Source: an uncultured Cytophagales bacterium (lineage in GTDB: Bacteria; Bacteroidota; Bacteroidia; Cytophagales; UBA9547). From it: a stretch of DNA of 64,000 bases. The notes beneath the pieces were generated by a model, which saw only the letters and a list, made by a program, of their open reading frames with translations, had not been told where the DNA came from and made no database searches. The translations under genes were made by a program, and so were the position numbers. This document shows positions 1 to 9,533 of the stretch, one piece after another (the stretch's first letter is position 1; each line of letters begins with the position of its first letter). The stretch is taken from the NCBI GenBank assembly GCA_945957555.1, contig CAMFLX010000007.1, positions 20,784-84,783 on the forward strand, read 5' to 3'.

Positions 1-1
1 A

Positions 2-2640
2 GTCGCGGGTTGTACTACGGTTGATATGACTGATACGGCCAATGTGGTTATCAATATCTTACCAACGCAACGTACATTTACCGCAACAAGTCCAATTTGT
101 GAAGGAACTTTCACAACGGTGAATCTGACAAGTCCGCAAGTTGGCGTAAAATATACGGTGATTGATCAGTTTAATGCAGCCTCTACGAGCTTGAGTCCTG
201 TTTTAAGCGCTATTGGCACAGGTAACTATGCCTTGGGGGGTGTTGGTCTGCATACTTTGGGTGTCAAGGCTGATATTGCAGGGTGTGCTACGGTGAATTT
301 CCCAAATACTGTAAATGTTCAAGTGAATACTGGGGTGAAGCCTGTAATTGTCACAGGTATTCCAACATTACCGATTTGCCAAAATGCAAATAATGTTACT
401 ATTACGATCACCAATCCAGAGCCAAGCGTCGATTATAATATCTTTACTCAAAATGGTACGGTAGAGACGAAGTTGAATACCTTGCCCATAACTAGCATTG
501 ATCCATCATATACAATTGCGAATATTCCATTAGATACAAATCACTATATTATAAAAGCCACCATTGGGGGATGCGGTACAGCTACAGTATATTCGTTCTC
601 TATAGTTGTTGATCAAAATATCGATTTGGCTACTCCAAAAATAGATGCAGGTGCAGCCAATGTTTGTCAAGGTTCTACGAGTTCAGTTACTGTTAAACTT
701 AAAAATGCTCAAGCAGGTATTAAGTATCAATTAAAAGATAATGGCGTAAATATTGGCTCTGTACAACTTACTAGTTCTGCGAATCAGACATTACTGTTTG
801 GACCTTTCGATTTGGCTGTAGGCCAGCACATCTTTACCGCAACAGGTACTAATAATGGATGTGGTACTGCGACTCTTAGTGCAAAAGATACAGTAACGGT
901 GAGTGATTCATTAAATAGAAACATTGCCTTGATAGAAGCAGGAAATGGAAATGTTTGTCTTGGAAGTACTAGTACCATAAATATTACGATTTCTGGTACA
1001 CAAAAAGATGTCACTTACCAATTGCAGGACAACGGTGTTAATATATTGTCACCAAAAACAGCACTTCAAAATGGGGACATACTTCCTTTTGGACCAATTT
1101 CTACCTTAGATACAGGTCGTCATGTGTTTACAGCATTAATCACCAATGCAGGATGTAGCACAGTAGAAATGAAATCATCTGACGTAGTCGTTATTAGCGA
1201 TTCGCTTAAATCAAGAAATCCAAAACTAGAAGCAGGATCAACAGACGTATGTGAAGGTACCTTGAACGTATCCAAGATTATCCTTTCAAATACTCAAAAA
1301 GGTGTCAACTACACATTATTTGATAATGGTACTAAAATTGGAACAACTGTTACGGCAAGTAGCAATGGTGGTAACATAGACTTCGGATCATTTACATTCT
1401 CATTAGGAGGCCATCGTTTAAGGGTAACCGCAAAAAATATTGGTTGTGATACCGTCGATTTGGCAACTACCGATTCAGTTAATGTGAATAAAAAGATAGA
1501 TCCAACAGTACCAGTCTTGAAAGCTGATACAAACGTGGTTTGTTCTAATGGTACCGCACAACTTTCGTTGAGTAAAACACAGAAAGGCGTAACTTATACT
1601 TTATTTGAAAACGGAGTTGTTAGAGATTCTGCAAAAGCGACAAAAGATGATGACAAGTTGATTTTCGGTCCATATACTTTAACGGTAGGCAATCATTTGT
1701 TCACATTGAATGCTCATAATAATGCATGTAGTGATACGATACTTTCTAATCAAACCGTGAAAGTGAACGATAAGCCTAATGCTAAAGCATTTGAGGTACT
1801 TTTAAACGGATCCATACTTTGTAGCAATGCAGGTTTGACTGTTGATGTTAAAATAAGCAGAAATGCTGATTATACCTATCAAGTAGTTGATGAATTTGGT
1901 GGCGTCAATACTAATTTAGGTGCTGTAAAATCAGGCAATGGCGACATCCTCAGTTTCGGTCCGTTCCGTAACTTGGAAGTTGGTAAACATAAAATAAGGG
2001 TGATAGAAATGGTACAGAACTGTTTGTCTGATACGTCTAACAGTAAAGATTTGACCATTAACAATTCGATTGATACACTTACCCCTGTTGTTTCAGCAAC
2101 ATCCAATGTGATTTGTGAAAACGGCTCAGTAAGTATTACCATTATGAAAACGAGTGTTGGTGATGTGTATCGTATCAAAGATAACGGAAAGCCCGTGTTG
2201 GACTCTTTAATATCTCAATTTGATGGAGATACGCTTACATTTGGTCCTTTATTTGGTCTAGATACTGGTAATCATGTGTTTACTGCCACTACTCGTAATG
2301 CCGGTTGTGGATTGTTTAACCTAAATGATACTGCAAATGTGAGGGTGAATCCAATTCCTAATGAAAACACATTTGTGCGTAATAATTCACCTATTTGTCT
2401 AGGCGATGAAGCAATAGTAAGAGTTGATCCTGTGAAAAATGTGACTTATACACTTTACAGAGGAGCTACATTGTTGGATGGGCCTTCGGTTTCGGTGCTC
2501 AAAACAAAACCAAGCAAAGCAGGTCAAGACACATTATATGTAGTGGCTAGTGTGGCTGGATGTGTTGATGTCAGGGTTAAACCGAATCAGTTTATAACGA
2601 TCAATCAAGTGCCAAATACGAGTCTTTTATCTGACACAGT
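2..2640 (+). repeat. At least 9 divergent tandem ~95-100-aa Ig-like modules inside the adhesin
   Basis: A recurring protein pattern is visible: C-x-G-(S/T)..V.(L/I)....(K/Q).GV.Y.L.DNG......L.FGP..L..G.H.FTA...N.GC.T......V.V. The copies are diverged at DNA level. Confidence 0.7.
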
Positions 2641-3961
2641 TTCGACTTGTTTGGGGATGGGGACCACCATACCTCTATATGGCACCGATGCTAAATGGAA
2701 ATATATCGCAAGTGTACAAGGAACTACTACAAGCATTAAGAAACAGGGCGGTGGAGATATATCTTTTGCACTTGATGCTGCAATGTTGTCAGAGGGAATC
2801 AATAAAGTTTCGTTTACGATTGACAGTACAGGTACTGGATGTCCAAATACTGCTGTAGATGGTGTTGGTTTGGTATATGCTATCGGTAATCCAAATGGTT
2901 TAGTTGGTGATTCTATTGTATGTGAGACGTTCTCCTATGACTATCATATACCATTGGTAAATGGCGTGATTGGTTATAACTTTGAAGTGTTGCCTACTGG
3001 AAAATCTGATACAACAATCCTGTCAATGGATTCACTGAGGGTTAAATGGGGGAAAGGTTTGACCTCTGGTCAGGTAATTGCTCATCCAATCACAACTACG
3101 GCGGCATGCAACACTTATGGCGATACATTAGATGTGAATATATTTGTTCCTTATGATAAAAAGGCGGAAATCGATCTTAACAAAACAATCGTTTGTGTTG
3201 GCTATCAGGATACCATTAGTATTAAAAAATTAAGCGGTGGTATTCCGAATCTATTGATTGATCCTAAAATTTTCATTGATAGTATAGTATCGCCAAATGG
3301 TACCGAGTATACAAAGTATATCATTAGATATAATGAACCAGGAAAAGTACAACATAAGTACTATATCAATAGTCCATGTACTGGGAAAGATTCGATCATG
3401 TTAGACGTGGTGGTATTGCCTAATCCTATAGCTTCAGCAGGTAGTTATCCTGTATTAAGTATGAAAGATTTTCCAAGGGAAGTTGTGTTGGATGGTTCTG
3501 GAAGCTCGAAAGGAGCAAACGGACAGTTTGTTTATAAATGGACGATGGTGCCTACGGGTAATATAGCAAACAGTACTTCTATAATGGCTAGTTTTGTACC
3601 TGAAAATACACTCACTAAGGTGGTTTTGACTGTTGCTAACAGCAACGGAATGTGTCCAATGAGTGATACTGCAATCATTGCTGTTGATTTGGGCATCTTT
3701 ATTCCCAATGTATTTACACCAAATGGTGATGGTGACCATGACAATTGGGTTTTGGAAAACGTGAATGCATTTTATCCAAACGTTAAAGTAGATATTTACA
3801 GCAAGTGGGGAACTTTGGTCTATCATTCTGATGGTTACGCCAATCCTTGGGATGGTAATAGAAATAACCAAGAGCTGCCTGCTGCTACTTATTACTATGT
3901 GATAGATCTTAAGAAGCCGAACTTTAAACCAGTTGCGGGTTCGGTAACTATTATAAGGTAG
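2..3961 (+). CDS. Large cell-surface adhesin-like protein with T9SS type-B (gliding-motility / CHU_C-like) C-terminal sorting domain; 5' partial, continues upstream of the window
   Basis: The frame is open from the window edge. Residues encoded before the ATG at 26 (AGCTTVD) match the GC-x-T-V ends of the internal modules, so the listed Met is probably internal. The C-terminus FIPNVFTPNGDGDHDNW..IYSKWG..WDGN..YYYVI..GSVTIIR fits the type-B CTD pattern. Confidence 0.8.
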   Translation, partial: VAGCTTVDMTDTANVVINILPTQRTFTATSPICEGTFTTVNLTSPQVGVKYTVIDQFNAASTSLSPVLSAIGTGNYALGGVGLHTLGVKADIAGCATVNFPNTVNVQVNTGVKPVIVTGIPTLPICQNANNVTITITNPEPSVDYNIFTQNGTVETKLNTLPITSIDPSYTIANIPLDTNHYIIKATIGGCGTATVYSFSIVVDQNIDLATPKIDAGAANVCQGSTSSVTVKLKNAQAGIKYQLKDNGVNIGSVQLTSSANQTLLFGPFDLAVGQHIFTATGTNNGCGTATLSAKDTVTVSDSLNRNIALIEAGNGNVCLGSTSTINITISGTQKDVTYQLQDNGVNILSPKTALQNGDILPFGPISTLDTGRHVFTALITNAGCSTVEMKSSDVVVISDSLKSRNPKLEAGSTDVCEGTLNVSKIILSNTQKGVNYTLFDNGTKIGTTVTASSNGGNIDFGSFTFSLGGHRLRVTAKNIGCDTVDLATTDSVNVNKKIDPTVPVLKADTNVVCSNGTAQLSLSKTQKGVTYTLFENGVVRDSAKATKDDDKLIFGPYTLTVGNHLFTLNAHNNACSDTILSNQTVKVNDKPNAKAFEVLLNGSILCSNAGLTVDVKISRNADYTYQVVDEFGGVNTNLGAVKSGNGDILSFGPFRNLEVGKHKIRVIEMVQNCLSDTSNSKDLTINNSIDTLTPVVSATSNVICENGSVSITIMKTSVGDVYRIKDNGKPVLDSLISQFDGDTLTFGPLFGLDTGNHVFTATTRNAGCGLFNLNDTANVRVNPIPNENTFVRNNSPICLGDEAIVRVDPVKNVTYTLYRGATLLDGPSVSVLKTKPSKAGQDTLYVVASVAGCVDVRVKPNQFITINQVPNTSLLSDTVSTCLGMGTTIPLYGTDAKWKYIASVQGTTTSIKKQGGGDISFALDAAMLSEGINKVSFTIDSTGTGCPNTAVDGVGLVYAIGNPNGLVGDSIVCETFSYDYHIPLVNGVIGYNFEVLPTGKSDTTILSMDSLRVKWGKGLTSGQVIAHPITTTAACNTYGDTLDVNIFVPYDKKAEIDLNKTIVCVGYQDTISIKKLSGGIPNLLIDPKIFIDSIVSPNGTEYTKYIIRYNEPGKVQHKYYINSPCTGKDSIMLDVVVLPNPIASAGSYPVLSMKDFPREVVLDGSGSSKGANGQFVYKWTMVPTGNIANSTSIMASFVPENTLTKVVLTVANSNGMCPMSDTAIIAVDLGIFIPNVFTPNGDGDHDNWVLENVNAFYPNVKVDIYSKWGTLVYHSDGYANPWDGNRNNQELPAATYYYVIDLKKPNFKPVAGSVTIIR

Positions 3962-3987
3962 AAGTTTTGGTGTTAAGGTTTTTGTGA

Positions 3988-4032
3988 GAAATAGGAAGGG
4001 GGAGCCACAATGGTTTCTCTTTCCTATTTTTG
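3988..4032. terminator. Imperfect hairpin between convergent genes
   Basis: GAAATAGGAAGGGGGAG..loop..CTCTTTCCTATTTTT lies directly after the adhesin stop. The stem is imperfect and a T-run follows. Confidence 0.4.
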
Positions 4033-4060
4033 TAAGTATGAAATCTATTAGATTATAAAT

Positions 4061-4468
4061 TCAATATTCTTCTATCGAGGCCGACGCTTTTATTGTATTG
4101 CCTTGAGGATTCCAAGTGATGATCAGAAATAATGGTTTAAAATCTTTGTGGTAACCTAGATCGTAATAAAACCTTAAGGGATTATGATTTCTAACGATTG
4201 GAATCCCTAGAATGTTCTTTATCTCAAGTGTGTCCATATTTTTGTCCAAATGATGATCAATAAGATCTTTGGCCATATATTGGCGCCTATGGCAGGCACT
4301 GTCGGAATAACTGATCCATTTTCTGGAATCAAATAAAGAACTGTCAGTATGGGTATTTGTGCTACTTAGGAGTGTTTGTTCCTGTTTTTGATATCCATTC
4401 CATAAAACAATGATACCTAATAATATAAGGATCAGAATCCACCTCTTCTTTGGTTTTTTCTTAAGCAT
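4061..4468 (-). CDS. Small membrane-anchored hypothetical protein
   Basis: 135-aa ORF with a basic N-terminus and a hydrophobic helix (KKRWILILILLGIIVLW). It lies 29 bp downstream of the beta-helix gene on the same strand. I recognised no family. Confidence 0.5.
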   Translation of the reverse strand: MLKKKPKKRWILILILLGIIVLWNGYQKQEQTLLSSTNTHTDSSLFDSRKWISYSDSACHRRQYMAKDLIDHHLDKNMDTLEIKNILGIPIVRNHNPLRFYYDLGYHKDFKPLFLIITWNPQGNTIKASASIEEY

Positions 4469-4497
4469 AAAATATGAGCGTTTAGGGGTATATGAAC

Positions 4498-6162
4498 TTA
4501 ATTCTTGAATACTTTGAAAGTACGAATTATGTTGCCTTCATACGTTTGAATAATATTCAATCCGGTATTTAGATCGTCATAACTAAAGTCGGAACTTTCT
4601 TTGATGAGCTTTCCTGTTCTATCAAAAAATAATACTCTACTATATTGGGCTGCATTAAGAAGCTCGTCTCTTATATCTACTTTTGTATCAGAACATTCCG
4701 TAAAGTTACTTGCAGAAAAGCGATTTTGGGCAGGAATGTTTTCATTTTCCGTAAAATTGTTTCCAATAATGGGCCACGATTCTGTGGTCAGCATGAAGGC
4801 TGGCTTTTGGGAGAGGTAAAGGGATATCAAAGTTGTAAAACTATCATTGTTTGATGCAAAACCATCATTTTGCATATTTCCATATTCAGCAGTTCCTCTA
4901 CCTGAAATTCTATATGAACCTGCAATCGGGCCATTGCCAAATACATGGTTACCGATGAAAAGACTAGAATCCATTACATTGAGTTCTGATAAGATACCCA
5001 AGCCTGTTGTTTTATTTCTAAGAAAAACATTGTTGGTGCCATTCATAAAATGCGAGTTATCAGCAATGATACTCGTACTCGTATTACCTTCAAAAAGATT
5101 ACCAAAAGGGTAGTTTCCGTGCATGGCAATGTCTCCATAGAACATATTGGAAGGTTTTGTTATAAAATTATAACTATAGACATTGCTGTTGGCACCAGCC
5201 TGTACCATGAGTGCATGTCGTAAATCAGAAAAAATGTTGTTTTCTATTAAGTTCAAGGAAGAGCTCCAGTCGGTTGAGATGCCGTAACCATTACCTCCTT
5301 CACTATATTGGTGAGAATGATGCATATAGTTCTGGGTAATGTATAGATTTCTGCTAAAACTGATTCCAATATGTGCAAAATTAGTGAGATTGCTCTCAAT
5401 GTTTTTTACCCAGCAGTTCTTTGCCCACCGAAATAAAATATTACAAGTTTGGTTTGGTGTTTGGTCTAATCTATTGATCGTCATACATTCAAAACCGATA
5501 TTCGAAACCGCATTGAAGGCCTGTATTTGAGGTTGTCTTGATATTGGCAGTTCCAGACTTAGTTTGTATTTGAGAAACAGTGTGTCATTGTTTATAGAGG
5601 TAATTTCATTGATCATACCAATACAACGATGTGCCCAAGCTGATCTAATAAGGGTGTCGTCGTTGAGACTAATGTGTAGGTTTTGTTTTACTTCAAAACC
5701 ACTGGCGTCTTTTACTAAGAGGTATTTTTGTCCCAGAGCCGCTCTTTCTTTAACGGGGATTGAATCGCCTTTGGGACTACCTATAACAATGAAACCGTCG
5801 GCATCCCTGAGAGTTAAGTCAATATTAACTATGCTTTTGGAGGAGACGCCTTTGAATGCTAAATTAGTGCATTGGGTATTCAATACGATTTGTTTTTTTA
5901 ATAAAAATGCACCTTCTGGTATGAGTATCGTGGCATTTTGATAGTTACAAGATTGCAACGCAGCTATGAAAGCAGGTTGGTCATCAATACTGTCATCAGC
6001 CACAGCGCCATAATCCTTGATGTTTAAGATTGTATTGCCGATTTCTACAGTGGTGTCGATACCTGCTTTATTCCATTCAAAAAGTGTTCTTGAAGCAAGG
6101 TTTTGTCCTTCTGTATAGTTTACCAAACAAAGTAGGAAAACTGTAAAATAGATTGTTTTCAC
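4498..6162 (-). CDS. Secreted right-handed beta-helix (pectate-lyase-3-like) protein with a probable T9SS type-A C-terminal domain
   Basis: It has a signal peptide (MKTIYFTVFLLCLVNYTEGQ). The N-terminal motif NIKDYGAVADDSIDDQPAFIAAL is typical of the pectate-lyase-3 / tailspike-like family, and beta-helix N/G-rich turns are present. The tail is ..LFFDRTGKLIKE..GLNIIQTYEGNIIRTFKVFKN. Confidence 0.65.
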   Translation of the reverse strand: MKTIYFTVFLLCLVNYTEGQNLASRTLFEWNKAGIDTTVEIGNTILNIKDYGAVADDSIDDQPAFIAALQSCNYQNATILIPEGAFLLKKQIVLNTQCTNLAFKGVSSKSIVNIDLTLRDADGFIVIGSPKGDSIPVKERAALGQKYLLVKDASGFEVKQNLHISLNDDTLIRSAWAHRCIGMINEITSINNDTLFLKYKLSLELPISRQPQIQAFNAVSNIGFECMTINRLDQTPNQTCNILFRWAKNCWVKNIESNLTNFAHIGISFSRNLYITQNYMHHSHQYSEGGNGYGISTDWSSSLNLIENNIFSDLRHALMVQAGANSNVYSYNFITKPSNMFYGDIAMHGNYPFGNLFEGNTSTSIIADNSHFMNGTNNVFLRNKTTGLGILSELNVMDSSLFIGNHVFGNGPIAGSYRISGRGTAEYGNMQNDGFASNNDSFTTLISLYLSQKPAFMLTTESWPIIGNNFTENENIPAQNRFSASNFTECSDTKVDIRDELLNAAQYSRVLFFDRTGKLIKESSDFSYDDLNTGLNIIQTYEGNIIRTFKVFKN

Positions 6163-6174
6163 TGTTTCATGAAA

Positions 6175-7665
6175 TTAATAATATGTGATTCTACAGCCAG
6201 GGTGGTTTTTCGCATACCTAGCTGCTTCATTTTTACTAATCTTTGTATGGAACATCTTAAACTCTTTGATGACGTTGAACTTGTCCACTGCTGAAAGTGA
6301 GGAGATCTCCGTACCAACAATGTTAAGATAGCTCATAGTAGTAGAGTTACTGATCGGTGAAAGGTCCATAATAGGCGTGTGTTCTATGGACAAATAAGTC
6401 AAATAGCCAAATCTTGAAATCGGGCTCAAATCTTTAATGGGATTGAAATCGATATAAAGAAAGGCAATTTTGATATGGTTTCTGATAGGTACAAGGCTTG
6501 GGACTTTGTTGTTGAACAAATCAAGTCTGATCAAGTCTGTTAAACCAGAGAGGGCTTCAATACCTTCGATTTCGTTTTTACCAAGTCTTAAGTCTGTAAG
6601 TTTAACAAGGCTTTTAAGCGCATCTATTTTGAAGATCTTGTTCACGCAAAGATTAAGTTTTTCAAGATTTTCGAGTTTACTTAATGGGCTCAAGTCGTTA
6701 ATTTGATTGTCTGAAGCCTCTAGTTCTAATAATTTGGTTAGACCAGCCACTGGTGTAATATCTTTCAGTTCTAGATTGTTCATATACAATTTTCTGAGAC
6801 TTTTTAGGTGAGCAATAGTTGTAATGTCCCTTACCTTGGAATTAGAGATGTTGAGTTCCCCCAGTATTTTGCAACTGTCTAATGGACTTATGTCGTCAAT
6901 GGCAGTATTAGAAATGTTTAGTTTTCTTAATTCTTTAATTCTAGCCAAAGGCTTGATGTCGGTGATTTTGGAGTTAGATAAGTCAAGGTCAAACGTAAAT
7001 GCTAAGTTTTCTATATCTTTTACATTCGGATATTTACGCAATGCATTTTTGTCTCCGAGTATTTTTTTCCATTCGGGGCTTAGGCTTGTCCACCAAGCTA
7101 TATCCTTGTGTAATGGACTCAGTTTGATTTCTTTACCTTGATCAGAAATACATACGATTCTACCAACCAAGCTACCTGCCATGTTTTCATCATACCTGAT
7201 CAAGAGTGTCTTTGCGATATTGATATTACTACTAGTACTGTCTTTTACCACTCCTGTGGAATCTTTTGTATAAGTTGTTTTTTTGATAGAGAGTGTAAAA
7301 TCAATGGCGTTTTCATCATAATTCCTCGAAAGGTTTTCTCTAAGTGGATTGATCTTTTTGAGTGATGTAGTGATGAGAATAGAAGTGTCCGCCTTCTGTA
7401 AGATACCCAAGAAAGTCCTGACGTTCACATATTCATGGTTGGTGCTGTCAAAGTCATTACTTACAGAAACATCTCCAGATTCAAAAAGCTTTCCAAATTC
7501 GGCAATGGCTTTTTTGTCACCCTTGTTTTTGACAATACTGGAATAACTCGTAGCATACACCTGAAATATTCTTTTGGCTTCTTTTTCCGCTTCGGCATTT
7601 TTGTTCTGTGCATACGAAACCAAGGCCAAACTTAAGCCAACAGTAAGAAGGATCAATTTTTTCAT
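6175..7665 (-). CDS. Secreted leucine-rich-repeat (internalin-like) protein
   Basis: It has a signal peptide (MKKLILLTVGLSLALVSYAQ). About 12 consecutive 22-residue repeats of the form L..L..L.LS.N.I.DI.PL fill the C-terminal two thirds. Confidence 0.75.
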   Translation of the reverse strand: MKKLILLTVGLSLALVSYAQNKNAEAEKEAKRIFQVYATSYSSIVKNKGDKKAIAEFGKLFESGDVSVSNDFDSTNHEYVNVRTFLGILQKADTSILITTSLKKINPLRENLSRNYDENAIDFTLSIKKTTYTKDSTGVVKDSTSSNINIAKTLLIRYDENMAGSLVGRIVCISDQGKEIKLSPLHKDIAWWTSLSPEWKKILGDKNALRKYPNVKDIENLAFTFDLDLSNSKITDIKPLARIKELRKLNISNTAIDDISPLDSCKILGELNISNSKVRDITTIAHLKSLRKLYMNNLELKDITPVAGLTKLLELEASDNQINDLSPLSKLENLEKLNLCVNKIFKIDALKSLVKLTDLRLGKNEIEGIEALSGLTDLIRLDLFNNKVPSLVPIRNHIKIAFLYIDFNPIKDLSPISRFGYLTYLSIEHTPIMDLSPISNSTTMSYLNIVGTEISSLSAVDKFNVIKEFKMFHTKISKNEAARYAKNHPGCRITYY

Positions 7666-7826
7666 GATATGAAATTAATATTATTTGTGCAGAGTTCAAA
7701 ATGGGTGGGACTCCTTGGTATTTCACAAGTAAATACTAAAGTCGCTTATGATGGATAATGTTGTTAGGTTAAGGATTTTTTTGGGTTTAGGAGTATACGT
7801 GTCACGACCATTAAGTGGTTAAGTAT

Positions 7827-7847
7827 GTCTTATTTTGAAAATAAGAC
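7827..7847. other. Perfect AT-rich palindrome (10-bp arms, 1-nt centre)
   Basis: GTCTTATTTT-G-AAAATAAGAC lies in the 320-bp gap between the two LRR genes. It could be a weak terminator or a protein-binding site. No flanking T-run. Confidence 0.3.
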
Positions 7848-7985
7848 ACCTAAATCAATTTCGAACTATGAGAGTGCAGGAAACTTCGCGATAATGGTAA
7901 CTATAGAGGGAGACTAGTAAGTGGTATTGTTCCAAGAATACTATATGGGATATAATATGTCAATTAAAATAAGTGTACTCTGTGG

Positions 7986-9533
7986 TCAATAAACAACGCT
8001 GATGGTGATGTTTTTTTCACCGTTATTGATGTTTACAATATAAATGCCTTGTGGTACAATTCCTTTCTCTGAGCTGGCGTCCCAATAGCCAGGAATAGTC
8101 ATGGATTTGATGAGCTCGCCTCTTTTGTCGAATATTTTGACAGTTCCTTTATCTTCAAAGAAGAAATTGTCTTGATTGCCATCATTATTAGGGGTGATGA
8201 GTGCCTTAGTGCAATCTTCCTTCGGAATAGTTATGATATAAGGATAATTGGCTGTTTCACAATTAGGTGCTGTAATAGATAAGGTATAGGTGGTTTCTGC
8301 TAAGCCAGTGAAGTAACCCGTAGTCGAATTCTGTTTTTTTCCAGAATTTAATCCTTTTAGCGTATATTCATAGAGGTTGTCTTGTGGGGTATTGATCTTA
8401 AGCGTTCCTGATTTTTCACAATTGATCTCGGTAGCTGTTGTGGAAAACTGATTGGCATCTATACAGTTGTCAACGATCACCTTAGTACTTGTGGCATTGA
8501 TTACTATGCCTGGGAAATCTAGGTTGTTGATGCTACAGGTATAGGTGCCTGAGTCAGAGAATGCCACTTTGTTGATGCCATAGCTTGAGACATTTGCAAA
8601 ACTAATGATTTGGCCGTTTTTATACCAAGTGTAGCGGTTGTTGGTGTCCAAGGGATCGGCAACACTATTGGTTTTGAGTAATAGTGATTCGTTTTTCTTA
8701 ACCCGTACGATCGTTTGAACGGGATTGCTATTTTGTGGGAATACAGCAAATAGAGATTTGAAATTGGTATAAACCTTGAGCTTGTTGAGTTCCGTAAAGT
8801 TGAGCCAGTTATCATACAGCCACATCTTCTTTAAATTGGGTAATATGGGTAGATTGTCCAAAGTGTGAAGTTCGTTGTCGTTAAGGTTAACGGTTTGTAG
8901 ACCAATATTTTTATCTATTTTGGGAAAGGTCTTGAGCTTGTTATAGGAGGCATCTAGCGCTGCCAAATTTTGAAGAGAATCAATATTGGGCAATTGGGTA
9001 ATCGCATTGTTGTTGCAGAAAAGCTTTACCATTTTTTTACAGTTGTTGAGCTCTGGTAGTGCTGTAAGCTGGTTGTCAACCACATCTAGATAGCTAAGAT
9101 TGACCAAGGCGTTCAATGGGGGCAAAGCCGATATTTTGTTTTCATACACAACGAGTTCTTGCAGCAGTATGTTTGAGCTGAGGTCTGGAAGTGCAGTAAG
9201 CAGGTTTTTGTACGCCGAAAGTTGCCTTAGCTGAGTAAGCTTGCTGAGGTCTGGCAGCTCAGTGATATTGTTAGAGGATATATCTAATGAGTTGATTCCT
9301 GTGAAATATTTGATTTCCCCGATGCTACGGATCTGTTGATTCGCACAAGAGAAGTACCCTTTTATTTTGGCTGCCTCTGTCGTTATGAGTCGATCATTAA
9401 CATCCAGTGTTTGTGCATAATTGGCTTTGAGAAATGTCAAAAAGTTGGTGTCAGTAATTGCTACCGTTTGAGCAGTGCTCACAAAGCCAATAGAAACTAA
9501 TATAATGCAAAATATTTGATAAATCTGTTTCAT
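7986..9533 (-). CDS. Secreted LRR + Ig(I-set-like) + SprB-like module protein with T9SS type-B C-terminal domain
   Basis: It has a signal peptide, then ~22-residue LRRs (L..L..L....N.LT.LP). An Ig motif follows (YTWYKNGQ...FSDSGTYTCSINN). The tail is ITPNNDGNQDNFFFE..IFDKRGE..WD....G.Y.V..N....ITISVVY. Its start overlaps the upstream stop by 1 nt. Confidence 0.75.
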   Translation of the reverse strand: MKQIYQIFCIILVSIGFVSTAQTVAITDTNFLTFLKANYAQTLDVNDRLITTEAAKIKGYFSCANQQIRSIGEIKYFTGINSLDISSNNITELPDLSKLTQLRQLSAYKNLLTALPDLSSNILLQELVVYENKISALPPLNALVNLSYLDVVDNQLTALPELNNCKKMVKLFCNNNAITQLPNIDSLQNLAALDASYNKLKTFPKIDKNIGLQTVNLNDNELHTLDNLPILPNLKKMWLYDNWLNFTELNKLKVYTNFKSLFAVFPQNSNPVQTIVRVKKNESLLLKTNSVADPLDTNNRYTWYKNGQIISFANVSSYGINKVAFSDSGTYTCSINNLDFPGIVINATSTKVIVDNCIDANQFSTTATEINCEKSGTLKINTPQDNLYEYTLKGLNSGKKQNSTTGYFTGLAETTYTLSITAPNCETANYPYIITIPKEDCTKALITPNNDGNQDNFFFEDKGTVKIFDKRGELIKSMTIPGYWDASSEKGIVPQGIYIVNINNGEKNITISVVY

